Notes: generated from the letters alone by a model not told the origin. Positions 1 to 10,894 are shown, numbered from the stretch's first letter. The stretch: DNA of 64,000 bases from an uncultured Chlamydiae bacterium (GCA_963828125.1 CAWHDP010000002.1:1056001-1120000), one strand, 5' to 3'. Made by a program: numbers and translations.

Positions 1-1084
1 TTTGCATTGGACGCTTGATTTGACTGAGAGGTGTGGCGGCAGGATTTGGAGCGGCAGCGAGCGGAGATGAGAAGAAAGCCCCTCTAAAATCTATCGCTGG
101 AGGATGGGATATTAAAGAGTTCCGATAACGGTGCATGGCCTGAACCGGATCGATGGGAGAAGAGGCTTTTCGGCATTGATCTAAAATGGGGCGGGTATTT
201 GGATACCTTTGCGTGAATCGGAAAAATTCCTCATCGCTCATTTTTTGCAAGACATTCAATTTCTCCCCGACCACCTTCCCCACAAAAGCAGATTCCCGCT
301 CCTGTTTTTGGCTTAAAAGGATCGGTTTATGTCTTCTGATTTCCCGACTAAAAACAGACTGCATCGGCTCTTTTTTAATGAAATCGATCGCTTGCGAACC
401 TAGCTGCATAGCGCAAAAGACCCCATTCCAAAACCGTTTGGTCCAGTCGCTCATTCCACCATCAGGTTTACCCTGCGCCGCTCTGATTTTTTCCACCTTT
501 CTTTGGTAAATCAATTTTTTAGACAAATCGAGTTTAGAGCGGATTGGGGGAAATTTGGCTAAAGAAGAGATGAGGGAGCGGGCCTGATTGAAGAACTGAT
601 CCCGTAAATGATTTTTTTGCTGCTCCACGGAAGGGAAAAGAGTCTGAATGGGATGGCGGATCGTATCGATGAATTCCTGGATAAGTCCCGGACTTTGGAA
701 TTCCTCTAATGAAGGAAGCTCCCCAACCCACTTCAGAAATTTTTTAATTTCGTGGCCACTTTTGCCGTGTGACTGGATAATCGCTCTAGCTAGGGGCAAG
801 TAAGTGTCTAAAGCATCTCTAATCGCAATGAGATCGAGCAGATAGCCATGGAGCTCCTCGGCAGTGACCGCTTTTTTTTTGGCCTCCTGGATCGCCTTCA
901 CAACATGGGAGAAAAGGGGCTTGAGCTTTGTAGCGTCTAATGCAGATATGTCCCCCATTTTCAACGACTTGATTTGTTTGTGGAGCCCCAGAAGATCCCT
1001 CTCGCAGCTCTCCCTTATAGGGACAAGCGGACCTGCTGAATTAGCTCGATGCAAACAATATATTTTAGATAAATCAACCGTCAT
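1..1084 (-). CDS. Hypothetical protein, 3'-partial (runs off window start)
   Basis: Manual translation from ATG at 1084 (MTVDLSKIYCLHRANSAG...) stays open to position 1; missing from the ORF track because there is no stop in the window. Confidence 0.65.
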   Translation of the reverse strand, partial: MTVDLSKIYCLHRANSAGPLVPIRESCERDLLGLHKQIKSLKMGDISALDATKLKPLFSHVVKAIQEAKKKAVTAEELHGYLLDLIAIRDALDTYLPLARAIIQSHGKSGHEIKKFLKWVGELPSLEEFQSPGLIQEFIDTIRHPIQTLFPSVEQQKNHLRDQFFNQARSLISSLAKFPPIRSKLDLSKKLIYQRKVEKIRAAQGKPDGGMSDWTKRFWNGVFCAMQLGSQAIDFIKKEPMQSVFSREIRRHKPILLSQKQERESAFVGKVVGEKLNVLQKMSDEEFFRFTQRYPNTRPILDQCRKASSPIDPVQAMHRYRNSLISHPPAIDFRGAFFSSPLAAAPNPAATPLSQIKRPMQ

Positions 1085-1151
1085 AACATTAAAACTTAAT
1101 TTTACGGTAGATTGTATCTACTAACTAATTATAAGTACACTTTTTTTAGAT

Positions 1152-2063
1152 TTAATTTCTTCGCGCTCCCTTATCTCTTAAAAACTGTTGAAGGCGGGTC
1201 ACTTTTTCAAACCAATAAGGGATGTAAATTTTACTGAAATTCCAGTCGCCCTTCTTGAACTCTCCCATCTTCTTTCGCAACAACTCCTCCGTCGCCTCTT
1301 CCCAAGCGCGTACAACGACCACCGGCAACCCCTCATAAAGAGGATTGAGCGTTGAATGAAGAACAATGGGATAACATCCCATATAAAGCGCTTCCCAAGT
1401 GCGATGACAGTCAAGACCACTGCCTGGAGGGCTGACAACGAAACTGGATCTAGACAGATCAACGAGATATTCCTCAAAAGTTTTTGGGACGGAATGCTCC
1501 GCCCAAGGCATTTTAGAAAAATAATCTAAACAAGGCTCTCTTTGTTTTGGATTCGTATCGATATTGAAATTCACATATGCCAATATATCGCGATCCCTCG
1601 GCTGGGCTTTAAGTGGACCCGAAGTCCAAAAGGTATTCGACAAGCCGATCGGTATCGGAATGAGCCGCTCTGTGGCTTGACAATCGATATTTTGCATGAA
1701 CCATGCCGCTAATTTTTTATACTCAAGTAATTTTGTAAAATTACCTGGAAGAGGGCCATCGGAATAATTTTCCACATTAGGCGTGATCAAAATAAAAGGG
1801 TGCTGAATCTCATGGGCTATTTCCTGAAATTGTTTCAACAATTGGTATTCGACAAAGATCGTATCGCCTCTTTGGATTTGCTCCGGACCGAATCCTTCGT
1901 CTTCAGTCAAGCGCCAATCACAAAAAAAACGCCACGTATCGCCTGTTATATAAGGATAGCTCGAGCGCCTTTCTACACTAAAACGGGAAAAACAGAGAAA
2001 AAAAAAGGGGGTCATTTCTTTATGCCGATTTGGGATACAAATCAAATGCGAATTCTTTTTCAT
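1152..2063 (-). CDS. Exostosin-family (GT47-like) glycosyltransferase
   Basis: Motif SFVVSPPGSGLDCHRTWEALYMGCYPIV typical of exostosin-like GTs. Confidence 0.75.
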   Translation of the reverse strand: MKKNSHLICIPNRHKEMTPFFFLCFSRFSVERRSSYPYITGDTWRFFCDWRLTEDEGFGPEQIQRGDTIFVEYQLLKQFQEIAHEIQHPFILITPNVENYSDGPLPGNFTKLLEYKKLAAWFMQNIDCQATERLIPIPIGLSNTFWTSGPLKAQPRDRDILAYVNFNIDTNPKQREPCLDYFSKMPWAEHSVPKTFEEYLVDLSRSSFVVSPPGSGLDCHRTWEALYMGCYPIVLHSTLNPLYEGLPVVVVRAWEEATEELLRKKMGEFKKGDWNFSKIYIPYWFEKVTRLQQFLRDKGARRN

Positions 2064-2133
2064 TTTGGTTGACGTCCTATACTCGAGGCTCTCATAGCGG
2101 TGTATAATATTTTTGAGTTGAGATGTCCAGAGT

Positions 2134-4386
2134 TCAAAAATCGATTCCGCAGAATAAGCTGACGAAATAGGACTGATAGGAGGAGTTCGCCATAACCTCC
2201 CCTGAAAAACCGCCGTAGGGATAGGCGCTGTTTCTCGGGAAGAAAGAGAGGCTTAAATTTGCGGCGGCCAAATTTTCAAGCTTCGTACTTCCCACTAGAA
2301 CGGAGAAATGAGACGCCGAGCCGACAAATGCAGTGGTCGCGCTGTCAAGATGAAAAGGGGCCTGGTTGACGTAGCTCAATTTTTCTTCGACACAGAAGTT
2401 TCCCCATCCATATTGAATCCGCTCATAAAAGCGGAGCCCCGCCTCCGATTGCAATAGAGACCCGTACAAATTTCCTATCTGCAGATTAAAACCGGAGGCT
2501 CCAGATTCGGTGTAAGAGTACTGCCAGCCGTTCACCCAATCGAATGAAAAAAACGGCTCAACGGCACAAGTCCCCTTTGGGTCGATAGCCCAAGGGATGG
2601 CAAGTTCGAGGTGGGGCGATAAAATCCAACCGTGGGTTTTCCCCCTCGATGTAAGGATCGGAAGGGTGTGGCGGGTATTCGAAAATTGGTATAACCCTCC
2701 CCAAAGGGCCGCATTGAGTTTAAAATGATTGGCGTAATAGGCGCCATAAAAACAGAGCATCTCTTCTCGGATGTTTCCATGACCCAACCTCTCCGCATAG
2801 TGAATGGCGTTATAGGCGTATCCCAAAGACGCTCCGACCATGTAGTTGGAGCTCTGATGATCGTAGGCCAAGAGGACTCCGCCGATCTGATTTTTGTAGC
2901 TCGGCGCCGCCCCTTGAGCCGAAATGTGGACGTAGTCGCCGAACGGAGCGATCCAAATCGAATTTTTTCGAAAGGGCAAGGGATCTTTTGTGTTGTTAAG
3001 GGCAGCGCTGGGACTCGAGGAGGGATCTCGTTCATTGCAAACCAGATTGCCTCCATCTTGCGAAAAGCTGACCAAGGCAGTTTCCTCCGCACTCCTTTGC
3101 TTCCAAATTCTATTTTGTGCGATGAATCTAGCGCCTAAAGCGTAACTGGCTGCCAGCTGTGTATAGAACGTACTGGAAAAAGGGCCGACTGCCCGAGGCG
3201 TGGCCGCGGTTGCAAATCCAGAGGCCAGAGCCGCGCTATTGATCATATTTTCACCCGACACGTCCAAAAGAGTAAGAGTCCCATTCGGAGCTACGAGGGC
3301 CGCATAACCGGCAGAGCCTTGAATCCCTCCGATCAGTCCAACCCCCGCTGCATTGATCGAAACAACATTGATCGCACCCGCTATAGATTCCGAGAAGAGG
3401 GCGCTTATATTGCCATCGGGTTGAACGAGGGCCGCGTAGAGATCGAATCCGTTTTGTCCACCGATCAAACCCATTCCTGCATCGTTTAGCGCAGTGCTGT
3501 TGACGACTCCTGAAAAAGGGCTCTCAAAAAGGGGGGTCACGATCCCATCCGATGCGGCGTATCCAGCATAAACATTCCCAGCGCCGTCTGCCCCGCCAAT
3601 TAACCCCGCGCCTGAGTTATTCATCGCAACCCCCAGAATATATGCGCTAGCGGGCAAGGGGCTAAGAACCAAAGACGGACTCCCATTGGCCGCGACAAAT
3701 GCCGCATATGGAGCCGATTCGCCGTGATATCCTCCGACAATTCCATTGCCCTGATTATTGATTGCAACGCTGGCTATATTGCCTGGAAAATCTGAAGGGA
3801 TATCGGAAATTTGAGTGACCGTTCCATCGGAGGCCACATAAGCCGCATACGCATTCGCGCCGCCCCCTGCTCCCCCAATTAAGCCGATTTCATCATGATT
3901 CAGTGCGACACAAACCACTGAATCAGGAGAGGCTGGGAGAGAGAGAGGAGTCACCGTTCCATCTGGAGCCACGAGTGCGGCATAGGCGCCAAATTCATTG
4001 CTTCCGCTGATCAGACCATTGCCTGTTTGATTAATGGCTGTATCCGCAATAGAACCGCCTAAAAAAGAGGCCGAAAGAGGGATGAGCCCTCCAGTAGGCA
4101 GCACGATGACAGCATAGCCGTTTCCATCGCCCTGGCCTCCGATCAAAGCCCAAGCGGAGTCGTTGATCGCAACCGCCTCAATGACAGCGCCTTCTGGCAA
4201 GCCGGAAATGGGAAAGAGATGGCCGTTGGAAAAGACAAATGCCGCATATGCGGCCCCAGTCATCGTACCTCCCCCGACAATCCCTATAGGGAGATCAGCG
4301 TGAAGGGCTACCCCGCTTCCGATCAAACCAGCCGCAATGAGAAGCGTCATGGTCTTGGCTTGACTCAGGAAATAGCGCCTTTTCAT
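2134..4386 (-). CDS. Autotransporter with tandem-repeat (probable beta-propeller) passenger
   Basis: Signal peptide; about 7-8 repeats of AxNxxGxGLIGG...YAAxVxxxG; C-terminal ~280-aa autotransporter barrel ending in F. Start 4386 preferred over 4491. Confidence 0.8.
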   Translation of the reverse strand: MKRRYFLSQAKTMTLLIAAGLIGSGVALHADLPIGIVGGGTMTGAAYAAFVFSNGHLFPISGLPEGAVIEAVAINDSAWALIGGQGDGNGYAVIVLPTGGLIPLSASFLGGSIADTAINQTGNGLISGSNEFGAYAALVAPDGTVTPLSLPASPDSVVCVALNHDEIGLIGGAGGGANAYAAYVASDGTVTQISDIPSDFPGNIASVAINNQGNGIVGGYHGESAPYAAFVAANGSPSLVLSPLPASAYILGVAMNNSGAGLIGGADGAGNVYAGYAASDGIVTPLFESPFSGVVNSTALNDAGMGLIGGQNGFDLYAALVQPDGNISALFSESIAGAINVVSINAAGVGLIGGIQGSAGYAALVAPNGTLTLLDVSGENMINSAALASGFATAATPRAVGPFSSTFYTQLAASYALGARFIAQNRIWKQRSAEETALVSFSQDGGNLVCNERDPSSSPSAALNNTKDPLPFRKNSIWIAPFGDYVHISAQGAAPSYKNQIGGVLLAYDHQSSNYMVGASLGYAYNAIHYAERLGHGNIREEMLCFYGAYYANHFKLNAALWGGLYQFSNTRHTLPILTSRGKTHGWILSPHLELAIPWAIDPKGTCAVEPFFSFDWVNGWQYSYTESGASGFNLQIGNLYGSLLQSEAGLRFYERIQYGWGNFCVEEKLSYVNQAPFHLDSATTAFVGSASHFSVLVGSTKLENLAAANLSLSFFPRNSAYPYGGFSGEVMANSSYQSYFVSLFCGIDF

Positions 4387-4496
4387 AACTACGATCCTAA
4401 CGAAATAAGGCTGATGGTATGCAAACACCTTTTGCAAACACGAAGAGAGGGTAAAAATGCATACAACACACCACTTCACCGAAGTCCGCATCCAGG

Positions 4497-5627
4497 TTAG
4501 AAATCAAATTGTCCCTTCATTGTAAGCCCCTGTAGCCCCAGATTTCCATCTTCTCTCACTTCAGAAACAAACGTGCTGCCGCTGCCATCTCCAATGATGG
4601 AGATCAGCGTCTGAGACGTTTCATTTTGTTGAAACCATTCCATGAATTCATATCCGGCGCTGAAGTTTAAGGCATATTCATTGTTTTTGAAGAAGGCGTG
4701 CCATTCAAGTCCAAGAAAAGTTTGTAGGTTAGCGCGAATCCTATTCATCTCCTTCTCTTTGAAATTGCTATACGATAAAGGGGTCCCGTTTTCAGACGTT
4801 TGTTGATATCCTTGAATGGTTTGACCGACATCAAACTTGCCATAGAGGAGAGCCGCCGAAATTTGGCCCAAAACACTCCACTGGCTGGCAAAATGCCAGT
4901 GGAGATCGCTGCCAGCCATCAGTCCAATACCTTTGAAATCGTTGTCTGCTTTAAAACGAGTAGGCAATTGCGCAAAGCCGCTGACAAGAGGCCAAACTCC
5001 CATGTAATTTGCATGAATATCTTGATTGATCCACGCAGCCTTCAATCCTGCAAAAGGACGGACAGAAAATTTTTTTGTGGCGAAGCACTGCCTTCCAAGC
5101 TGCAAGTCGATCGTATTGTAATGGAGCCACCAATGTTCGGCGGCAGCCGACGTCCTCGCTCCCAAAAACGGATGCCATATAGGTGCATAATAGCGATTGG
5201 GATCAAAGGCATCGCTAAAATGGCCATGTGAATGATCCGATTTGCTATAGAAATAGGTCCAATTCAGGTAGAGATCCCATCGATCCATATTGCCAAAGAG
5301 ATATCCGATCCCGGCGCGCGCGCCGGAACTCCACGTTCCATTGACCGAAAAGGTCTTCGAGAGAGAAGAGGAAGAGGGGATGAATCCCCCTCCATGCGTG
5401 CTCACGACGTCAACCTCTCTGGCATATTCCAACCCATCCTCATAAGCGCTCCAGAAAAGATAGTCAGCCGACACGAAAAAACCGCCCCCTCTTTTTGCTA
5501 AAAGATTCGGGGGCTTTTCCTGCGCAGTATTTTTTCGGCATGTACGCGCTGGATCTTCGTAAGCCTCAAAGCAGTTGCAGCTCAAGATGAGCGCAACCAT
5601 CACTAACAGCTTGGAGATTTGTTTCAT
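4497..5627 (-). CDS. MOMP-like / Lpg1974-family outer membrane beta-barrel porin
   Basis: Signal peptide, FFVSADYLFW, YNTIDLQLGR, RPFAGLKAAWINQ, terminal GLTMKGQFDF. Confidence 0.8.
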   Translation of the reverse strand: MKQISKLLVMVALILSCNCFEAYEDPARTCRKNTAQEKPPNLLAKRGGGFFVSADYLFWSAYEDGLEYAREVDVVSTHGGGFIPSSSSLSKTFSVNGTWSSGARAGIGYLFGNMDRWDLYLNWTYFYSKSDHSHGHFSDAFDPNRYYAPIWHPFLGARTSAAAEHWWLHYNTIDLQLGRQCFATKKFSVRPFAGLKAAWINQDIHANYMGVWPLVSGFAQLPTRFKADNDFKGIGLMAGSDLHWHFASQWSVLGQISAALLYGKFDVGQTIQGYQQTSENGTPLSYSNFKEKEMNRIRANLQTFLGLEWHAFFKNNEYALNFSAGYEFMEWFQQNETSQTLISIIGDGSGSTFVSEVREDGNLGLQGLTMKGQFDF

Positions 5628-5743
5628 CGTTTTAACGGAGAAGATCCGTCTCCCTTGCACACATTGTTTTTAGACACTATAACCGGACTTCGATCCAGTG
5701 TAAATGAATTCCTTAAAACAGGGAAGTATAAAAATACTACGAA

Positions 5744-5920
5744 ATGGGCTCAGGCAACGTATTTGCTGATTTGGGCCTTGCAAATCCCGAAGAAGCTCTA
5801 GCAAAAACACAGCTTGTTTGGAAAATTGCTAAGATCATCAAGAAGCGTAAACTGACTCAAAAACGCGTTGCCGCAATCCTCAAATCTGAAAGAATTCCAC
5901 ATATTTCTGTTTCATCTTGA
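5744..5920 (+). pseudogene. Truncated XRE/HigA-like antitoxin remnant
   Basis: Translates to MGSGNVFADLGLANPEEALAK...IKKRKLTQ, a paralog of 27006-27392, then stops early. Confidence 0.7.
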
Positions 5921-6373
5921 GGCTTATACTCTGATCCGTGTTGCAGTATCCTTCCCTTTTTATTCCACTTTCGACGTCCTTTATCAGGCAATGCAACCCC
6001 TACAACAAGAGCGAGCTTCCAGCTTTTCGCGGGTGAAGGAGGGTAAATGAAGGATCTAGATTCATCTACTAGCCAATACATTAATGCGTCTCATTGGACT
6101 CATTAAAATCAATCTGCAAACATGCAAATGCATGTTTACGGCCATTTTTTAGGCATATCAAAACCGGCTGCAAATCAACTTTTCCCGATTTACGGCCTAA
6201 TTTTTAAGGGGAATAATGATCTGAAAATGTCTTTTTACGGACACCTCCTCTCAAGCAAAACTATATTTGGGGAAACAGCTGCTCCCATATTTTCAACATT
6301 GCAATTTAAAAAAATCTGATTGATATTTAGATGGTTGGAATTGAAACTAGGACAAGGGGTTAAGGAGTAAATC

Positions 6374-7084
6374 GTGATGCAGAAATTGAAAACAGTGATT
6401 ATTGGAGGGAGCTCAGGAATGGGTCTCGCCTCTGCAAAAATGTTGCATTCCATTGGGCATGAAATAGTTATTGCTAGTCGATCGAAAGAGAAGCTGGAAA
6501 AAGCAGTCAAAGCAATAGGTAGGGCAGAGAGCCATGTGCTGGATGTCACAAAAGAAAAAGATGTTGCTCAATTTTTTGAAAAAGTTGGCCCTTTTGATCA
6601 TCTGGTAACGTCCGCAGCAAGTTTTGCAATGGGGCCCTTTTTAAAAATGCCTCTCAGTGACGCCAAATACTTTTTTGATAGCAAATTTTGGGGACAATAC
6701 ATGGCGGCAAAGATTGGCGCACCCCATATACGCAGGGGAGGTTCAGTTACATTTTTTTGCGGGGTTGCTGGTCAAAAGCCTTTCATGAATTTTGCTGCCG
6801 GAAGTGCCATTAACGCCGCCATTGAAGGTTTAACCCGTGCGCTGGCTCTTGAATTATCTCCTCTTCGAGTGAATGCGATCTCCCCTGGCACAGTTGTCAC
6901 ACCGGTTTGGGATGAGCTTCCTGAAAAAGAACGTCTAGCAGAATTTGAGGAGACAGCTAAACGTTTGCCGGCTAAAAGAATAGGACAACCAGAAGACATT
7001 GCTGAAGCGGTGCGTTATTTAATTCAGTGCGGATATGCGACCGGGTCTATTGTTTACGTCGATGGGGGAACTCGTATTGTATGA
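6374..7084 (+). CDS. Short-chain dehydrogenase/reductase (SDR)
   Basis: IIGGSSGMG Rossmann motif; RVNAISPG; TGSIVYVDGG. Confidence 0.9.
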   Translation: MMQKLKTVIIGGSSGMGLASAKMLHSIGHEIVIASRSKEKLEKAVKAIGRAESHVLDVTKEKDVAQFFEKVGPFDHLVTSAASFAMGPFLKMPLSDAKYFFDSKFWGQYMAAKIGAPHIRRGGSVTFFCGVAGQKPFMNFAAGSAINAAIEGLTRALALELSPLRVNAISPGTVVTPVWDELPEKERLAEFEETAKRLPAKRIGQPEDIAEAVRYLIQCGYATGSIVYVDGGTRIV

Positions 7085-7119
7085 TTTTACCGCCATTTTC
7101 TGCCCCAGCAGGGTTTAAA

Positions 7120-7223
7120 GGATCGGGAACTGCAAAAACGATTTTCATGCTGAACATGGAGGACGTAAGATTCCCGTGTTCAATATCAATTGGAATATTT
7201 GCATCACTAACGAGCAGCTGCAT
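7120..7223 (-). pseudogene. Truncated PIN-domain (DUF3368-like) gene coupled to the XRE-ImmA gene
   Basis: MQLLVSDANIPIDIEHGNLTSSMFSMKIVFAVPD resembles a PIN N-terminus; overlaps the ImmA stop; similarity ends near 7120. Confidence 0.55.
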
Positions 7224-8280
7224 GACGCGTTTCGTCCATTAAACGGAAATTTCTAAAGGCTTCGATAGAGTAGTCTAGTAGTTCAGCCGCTTTTGATTCA
7301 CCAATATATTCCTCGCCTAATGCATGAAAAACCATCTGCTTGAAAATATGAGTTTTTTCAGAAGGAGTTTGGTTGCCGGGCTCTTGTTTATTCCAACCCT
7401 TCTGATTGAAGACAAAAACCAAATTATTGAAATAAGACTCTTTTATAATTCCAACGTCTTTCAAACGATAACAAATTGAGTACATACTTAATTTAAACTC
7501 TTCTTTTAACAGAAACAATTCTCTCCATTCAATCGAAGTTCGAATCTTACCCATTTCTTGAATGATAGTTTCCTTTGGCAGCAGAAAAGCTCCAGCAAAA
7601 CGATTGCATGCTTTTTCCTCATTCAGCTCCTTGGATAATCTGTTCTGAAGAATAAAATGACCCAACTCGTGGGCTAGAGTAAAACGCTGTCGATCTCCAG
7701 GCCATTTTGAGCTTATTACAACAATAGGTTGGTCATTAATTAGGGTAGAAAGTCCATCGAACATTTTTTCTTCGTAATCAACAATAAATACCCTTATTCC
7801 GTGACTTTCAAGAACATCTATAAGATCCTGAATTGGCGCCCTCCCTAATTTCCAGAGATTTCTTATTTTATTGGCAATGTCTTCAATTTGGTTATATTCA
7901 TCAATTCGATCTGATAATGAGTCTGGGATTTTGAATAATTGAATCGGAGGATTTGGATAAAGATTTTCTAATTCCAAACGACGTTCAATTTGATCGGCAA
8001 TCTGAGCTTTAATAGACTCTTCAACTTTTTTTCTTAAACGCTGTCTTTTTCGAAATTTGATTTCTCCGAGCTTGACAGTCTCTGGGCGAAAGAAAAATTC
8101 CACGGAGACCTCTAAAGCTTTAGCCAGTTTTAAAAGGACATCTGAAGAAGGAGTTAATGAGCCTTTTTCATACTTGCTTATTGCCATATGGCTCAAACCC
8201 ACAAGCTCCGCCAGCTTGCGAAGTCCGAAGCCTGAAGCTTTTCTTGCTCTTTCAAGGCGTTTTCCTAAATTTTTTGACAT
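7207..8280 (-). CDS. XRE HTH + ImmA/IrrE Zn-metallopeptidase
   Basis: N-terminal HTH (LAELVGLSHMAISKYEKG); RQRFTLAHELGH; EKACNRFAGAFLLP. Confidence 0.9.
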   Translation of the reverse strand: MSKNLGKRLERARKASGFGLRKLAELVGLSHMAISKYEKGSLTPSSDVLLKLAKALEVSVEFFFRPETVKLGEIKFRKRQRLRKKVEESIKAQIADQIERRLELENLYPNPPIQLFKIPDSLSDRIDEYNQIEDIANKIRNLWKLGRAPIQDLIDVLESHGIRVFIVDYEEKMFDGLSTLINDQPIVVISSKWPGDRQRFTLAHELGHFILQNRLSKELNEEKACNRFAGAFLLPKETIIQEMGKIRTSIEWRELFLLKEEFKLSMYSICYRLKDVGIIKESYFNNLVFVFNQKGWNKQEPGNQTPSEKTHIFKQMVFHALGEEYIGESKAAELLDYSIEAFRNFRLMDETRHAAAR

Positions 8281-8527
8281 GCTTCCGACTCTCCTCTTTT
8301 GTTTACATTTTATCATTTTTTTAATCGTTTTGTAAACAACAAAACAGCATGTCATTTATTATTAATCACTTGCGAATCCAGCAGTCATCCGATGCCGTAT
8401 GTTCTATCTCCTATTCGGCACACCTTGTAAAGATATGCGAAGCATTTTACACTTTTTTTAAAAAAATTAGTGATTCAATAAATGGAAGTTACAGTCGACA
8501 TAAACCAATATTTAACTAATTGATGAT

Positions 8528-9708
8528 TTGGAGGCGATGGCCATGACTTTTCTCCTTGCATTCGACACAGGAGTTAAAACCCGATTTGCCATTATTGGCG
8601 ACGAGGGACTAGACGAGGCGCAGGAAAGGTGGAACTGGTTGGTTGGGGAGTGTGATCGGCTCATCCCTGGGTTTAGTGGTGATTACACAACGGTTGATAG
8701 TCCCTTCGGATTCCTTGAGCAAATCTACCTCGGGAAACTGATACAAGACCTCCAGCAGGAGCGTAAAGATCGCATGGTTGGATATTTCCCAAAGCCTGAG
8801 GTTTTGTTTCATGTCCTCGATAGATTTTACAAGGAGGCGTCTCAGTCCAATTCAGTTGATTCTGGCGGAGTCTTGGGCGGGGTTGTTGACTTCTTGACAA
8901 GGGAAATCCTAGTTACAATGGATGCTCTTCAGTATTTTTTCTTGGACATTGTTGATCGAAAAGAGCTCATTGAAAAATCTATTGCTTGGCGTGAAGAACA
9001 TCGCTGCCATTCGCATGCCATCAGTGTTTGCGGCATGCTGGAAGACTGGGAAAAAGCTTTAAGGGAAGGGGACAAGGGGGCTGGCTTTCAAATTTTAGTG
9101 AGGCACTTGGCTTGGCATGTCCTGATGTCCCATGAGTGGTTAATAAATACGGGCCTGGAAAATGTCCCTTATGCCACTATTTGCCAGTTCGAGCAAAACA
9201 TAGCACTTCGGCTTCTGTATAGTTACCTATGCAAATCAAAGGGGGGGCAAATCTTTCAGGAGCGCGCCTTTTTGCCAGATTGGAGAGGCTCGGGTCGTAT
9301 AATAAATTTGCCCAATCGGAGAAACTTTGGAATTTGCGCCTCAATCTCTTTAAAGAGAAGGATAGGGAGCTATTAGATGGGGATCTTACAGAGTTTCTTG
9401 TAACAGGCTATATGTACAGGGAGGAACGCCACTCACTTATAGGACTTACTTGCGATGGGAAAAAGCTAAGGGAACGGCTCAAAGCGACCATCAGAGGCGT
9501 AAGATACGTAAACAAAATTTTAGGTGATAGGGAGCGAAAAGTGGAGTTGCCTTTTAGGACTCCTGATCGCATACCGATTCATCCTGGCATTATGATAGTG
9601 GTCGATCAGCACCGTAAAAATCCGACAGAAAAGATAGATGTGCGGCAGCTCATAGCTGAGATTGATGCAGAAAATGACGGAAATCCAACGGAGTTGTCAA
9701 TTGAATAA
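8528..9708 (+). pseudogene. Hypothetical protein, probably one gene split at a G7 run
   Basis: ORFs 8528-9376 and 9229-9708 overlap across GGGGGGG at 9241-9247. Confidence 0.45.
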
Positions 9709-10050
9709 AGGTCCATGTTCAAAAAACCAGAGGATCACTGCGCCAACAATGAGCCATGCCAATTTGCTCCACCGCTCCCAAAGGCTGTTTTTCTTATGAG
9801 AAACGATTTCACTTTGGGCTAGCTGTTTAAAGCTAGATAAAAAGCACCCGTTCTCGAAAAGCCGTCCGGATAATTTTGTCAGACTATCATGATTTTCAAG
9901 GGTAGCAATCACCTCTTTGCGAGCCTGAAGGCGAAAATCCTCGCTTTCGGACCATCTTTGGAGTTCTTGTAAAATATGGTCTTGACGTTTTTTAAACTCC
10001 ACATCAAATCTTTCTTCATTCGAATATTTAACCTGTTCATTTTTAGCCAC
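9697..10050 (-). CDS. Hypothetical protein with C-terminal transmembrane helix
   Basis: 117-aa ORF ending LAWLIVGAVILWFF; overlaps the ImmA gene stop. Confidence 0.6.
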   Translation of the reverse strand: MAKNEQVKYSNEERFDVEFKKRQDHILQELQRWSESEDFRLQARKEVIATLENHDSLTKLSGRLFENGCFLSSFKQLAQSEIVSHKKNSLWERWSKLAWLIVGAVILWFFEHGPLFN

Positions 10051-10633
10051 GTAAGTTCATCTTTCTGAATCCGATGAGCGACTGTGAAACGTTAAATAAT
10101 CGAACTAGCTCAATGTCAGACTTTTCTTGGTACTCCTTGAGCATTCTTTCGGGAACAAGGAGATAGGCAGCAAAAGCATTTGCTTCAATTTCAAGCGGTT
10201 CAGTTTCTCCACCAATTGGCTTGCGATAGAAAATTCGAATATTATTTTTATCGGCTTTGACCTCATCCGGGTGCATTAGCCAGTGACCTAGCTCGTGGGC
10301 TATAGAGAAATTTTGGCGCCGTATCGAGTCTTCTTTATTTACTACAATCCACTTTTTGTCGAAGTCAATGTATCCGGCAATGTCTTTGTCATCAAAAGAA
10401 GCCCTAAACACGGTAAGCCCGTAATTTTCAACTAGTTCATGAATGACAACTGGGGGCGACTCAATGAAATTATCCTTGAGGGTCTTTTCGGCTTCAATCC
10501 TTCCCTTTGCAATATGAGACTCTTTATTTAGCACCATATGGGTTATTTCCCTTCTCTCCTCTTTCTTTATGTCTAGATGAATCGAGGAAGGCGCCATTTT
10601 ATGCTCTTCCGCCTCAAAAGTCCACCATAACAT
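10043..10633 (-). CDS. Stand-alone ImmA/IrrE-family metallopeptidase
   Basis: RRQNFSIAHELGH; EIEANAFAAYLLVP; true start uncertain. Confidence 0.88.
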   Translation of the reverse strand: MLWWTFEAEEHKMAPSSIHLDIKKEERREITHMVLNKESHIAKGRIEAEKTLKDNFIESPPVVIHELVENYGLTVFRASFDDKDIAGYIDFDKKWIVVNKEDSIRRQNFSIAHELGHWLMHPDEVKADKNNIRIFYRKPIGGETEPLEIEANAFAAYLLVPERMLKEYQEKSDIELVRLFNVSQSLIGFRKMNLRG

Positions 10634-10894
10634 AATTTTTTAACATATTTTTTAGGTTTGCTCGATAGAAACGATCCGTCAAGTTCAAAAAAGGGGGTGG
10701 CAGGGATTGGATGGGCTATTTTGAATATAGAACAAAATCGGAAATCCAACGGAGTTGCCAATTTCTTGGCCTTGACTTGGATTGATCTTGGTCGCCAATA
10801 ACTCCTGACAAAAATCCAGATCTCCCTATATACTGCTGCAAGCTAAGGTGATTTAGGGTCAGGCAAGGCGCTTGGCGACAAGGGCTTTCCAAGT

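Larger units (their letters stand above)
9678..10763. repeat. 25-bp direct repeats (9678-9702, 10739-10763) flanking a two-gene cassette
   Basis: CGGAAATCCAACGGAGTTG(T/C)CAATT, one mismatch. Confidence 0.85.
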
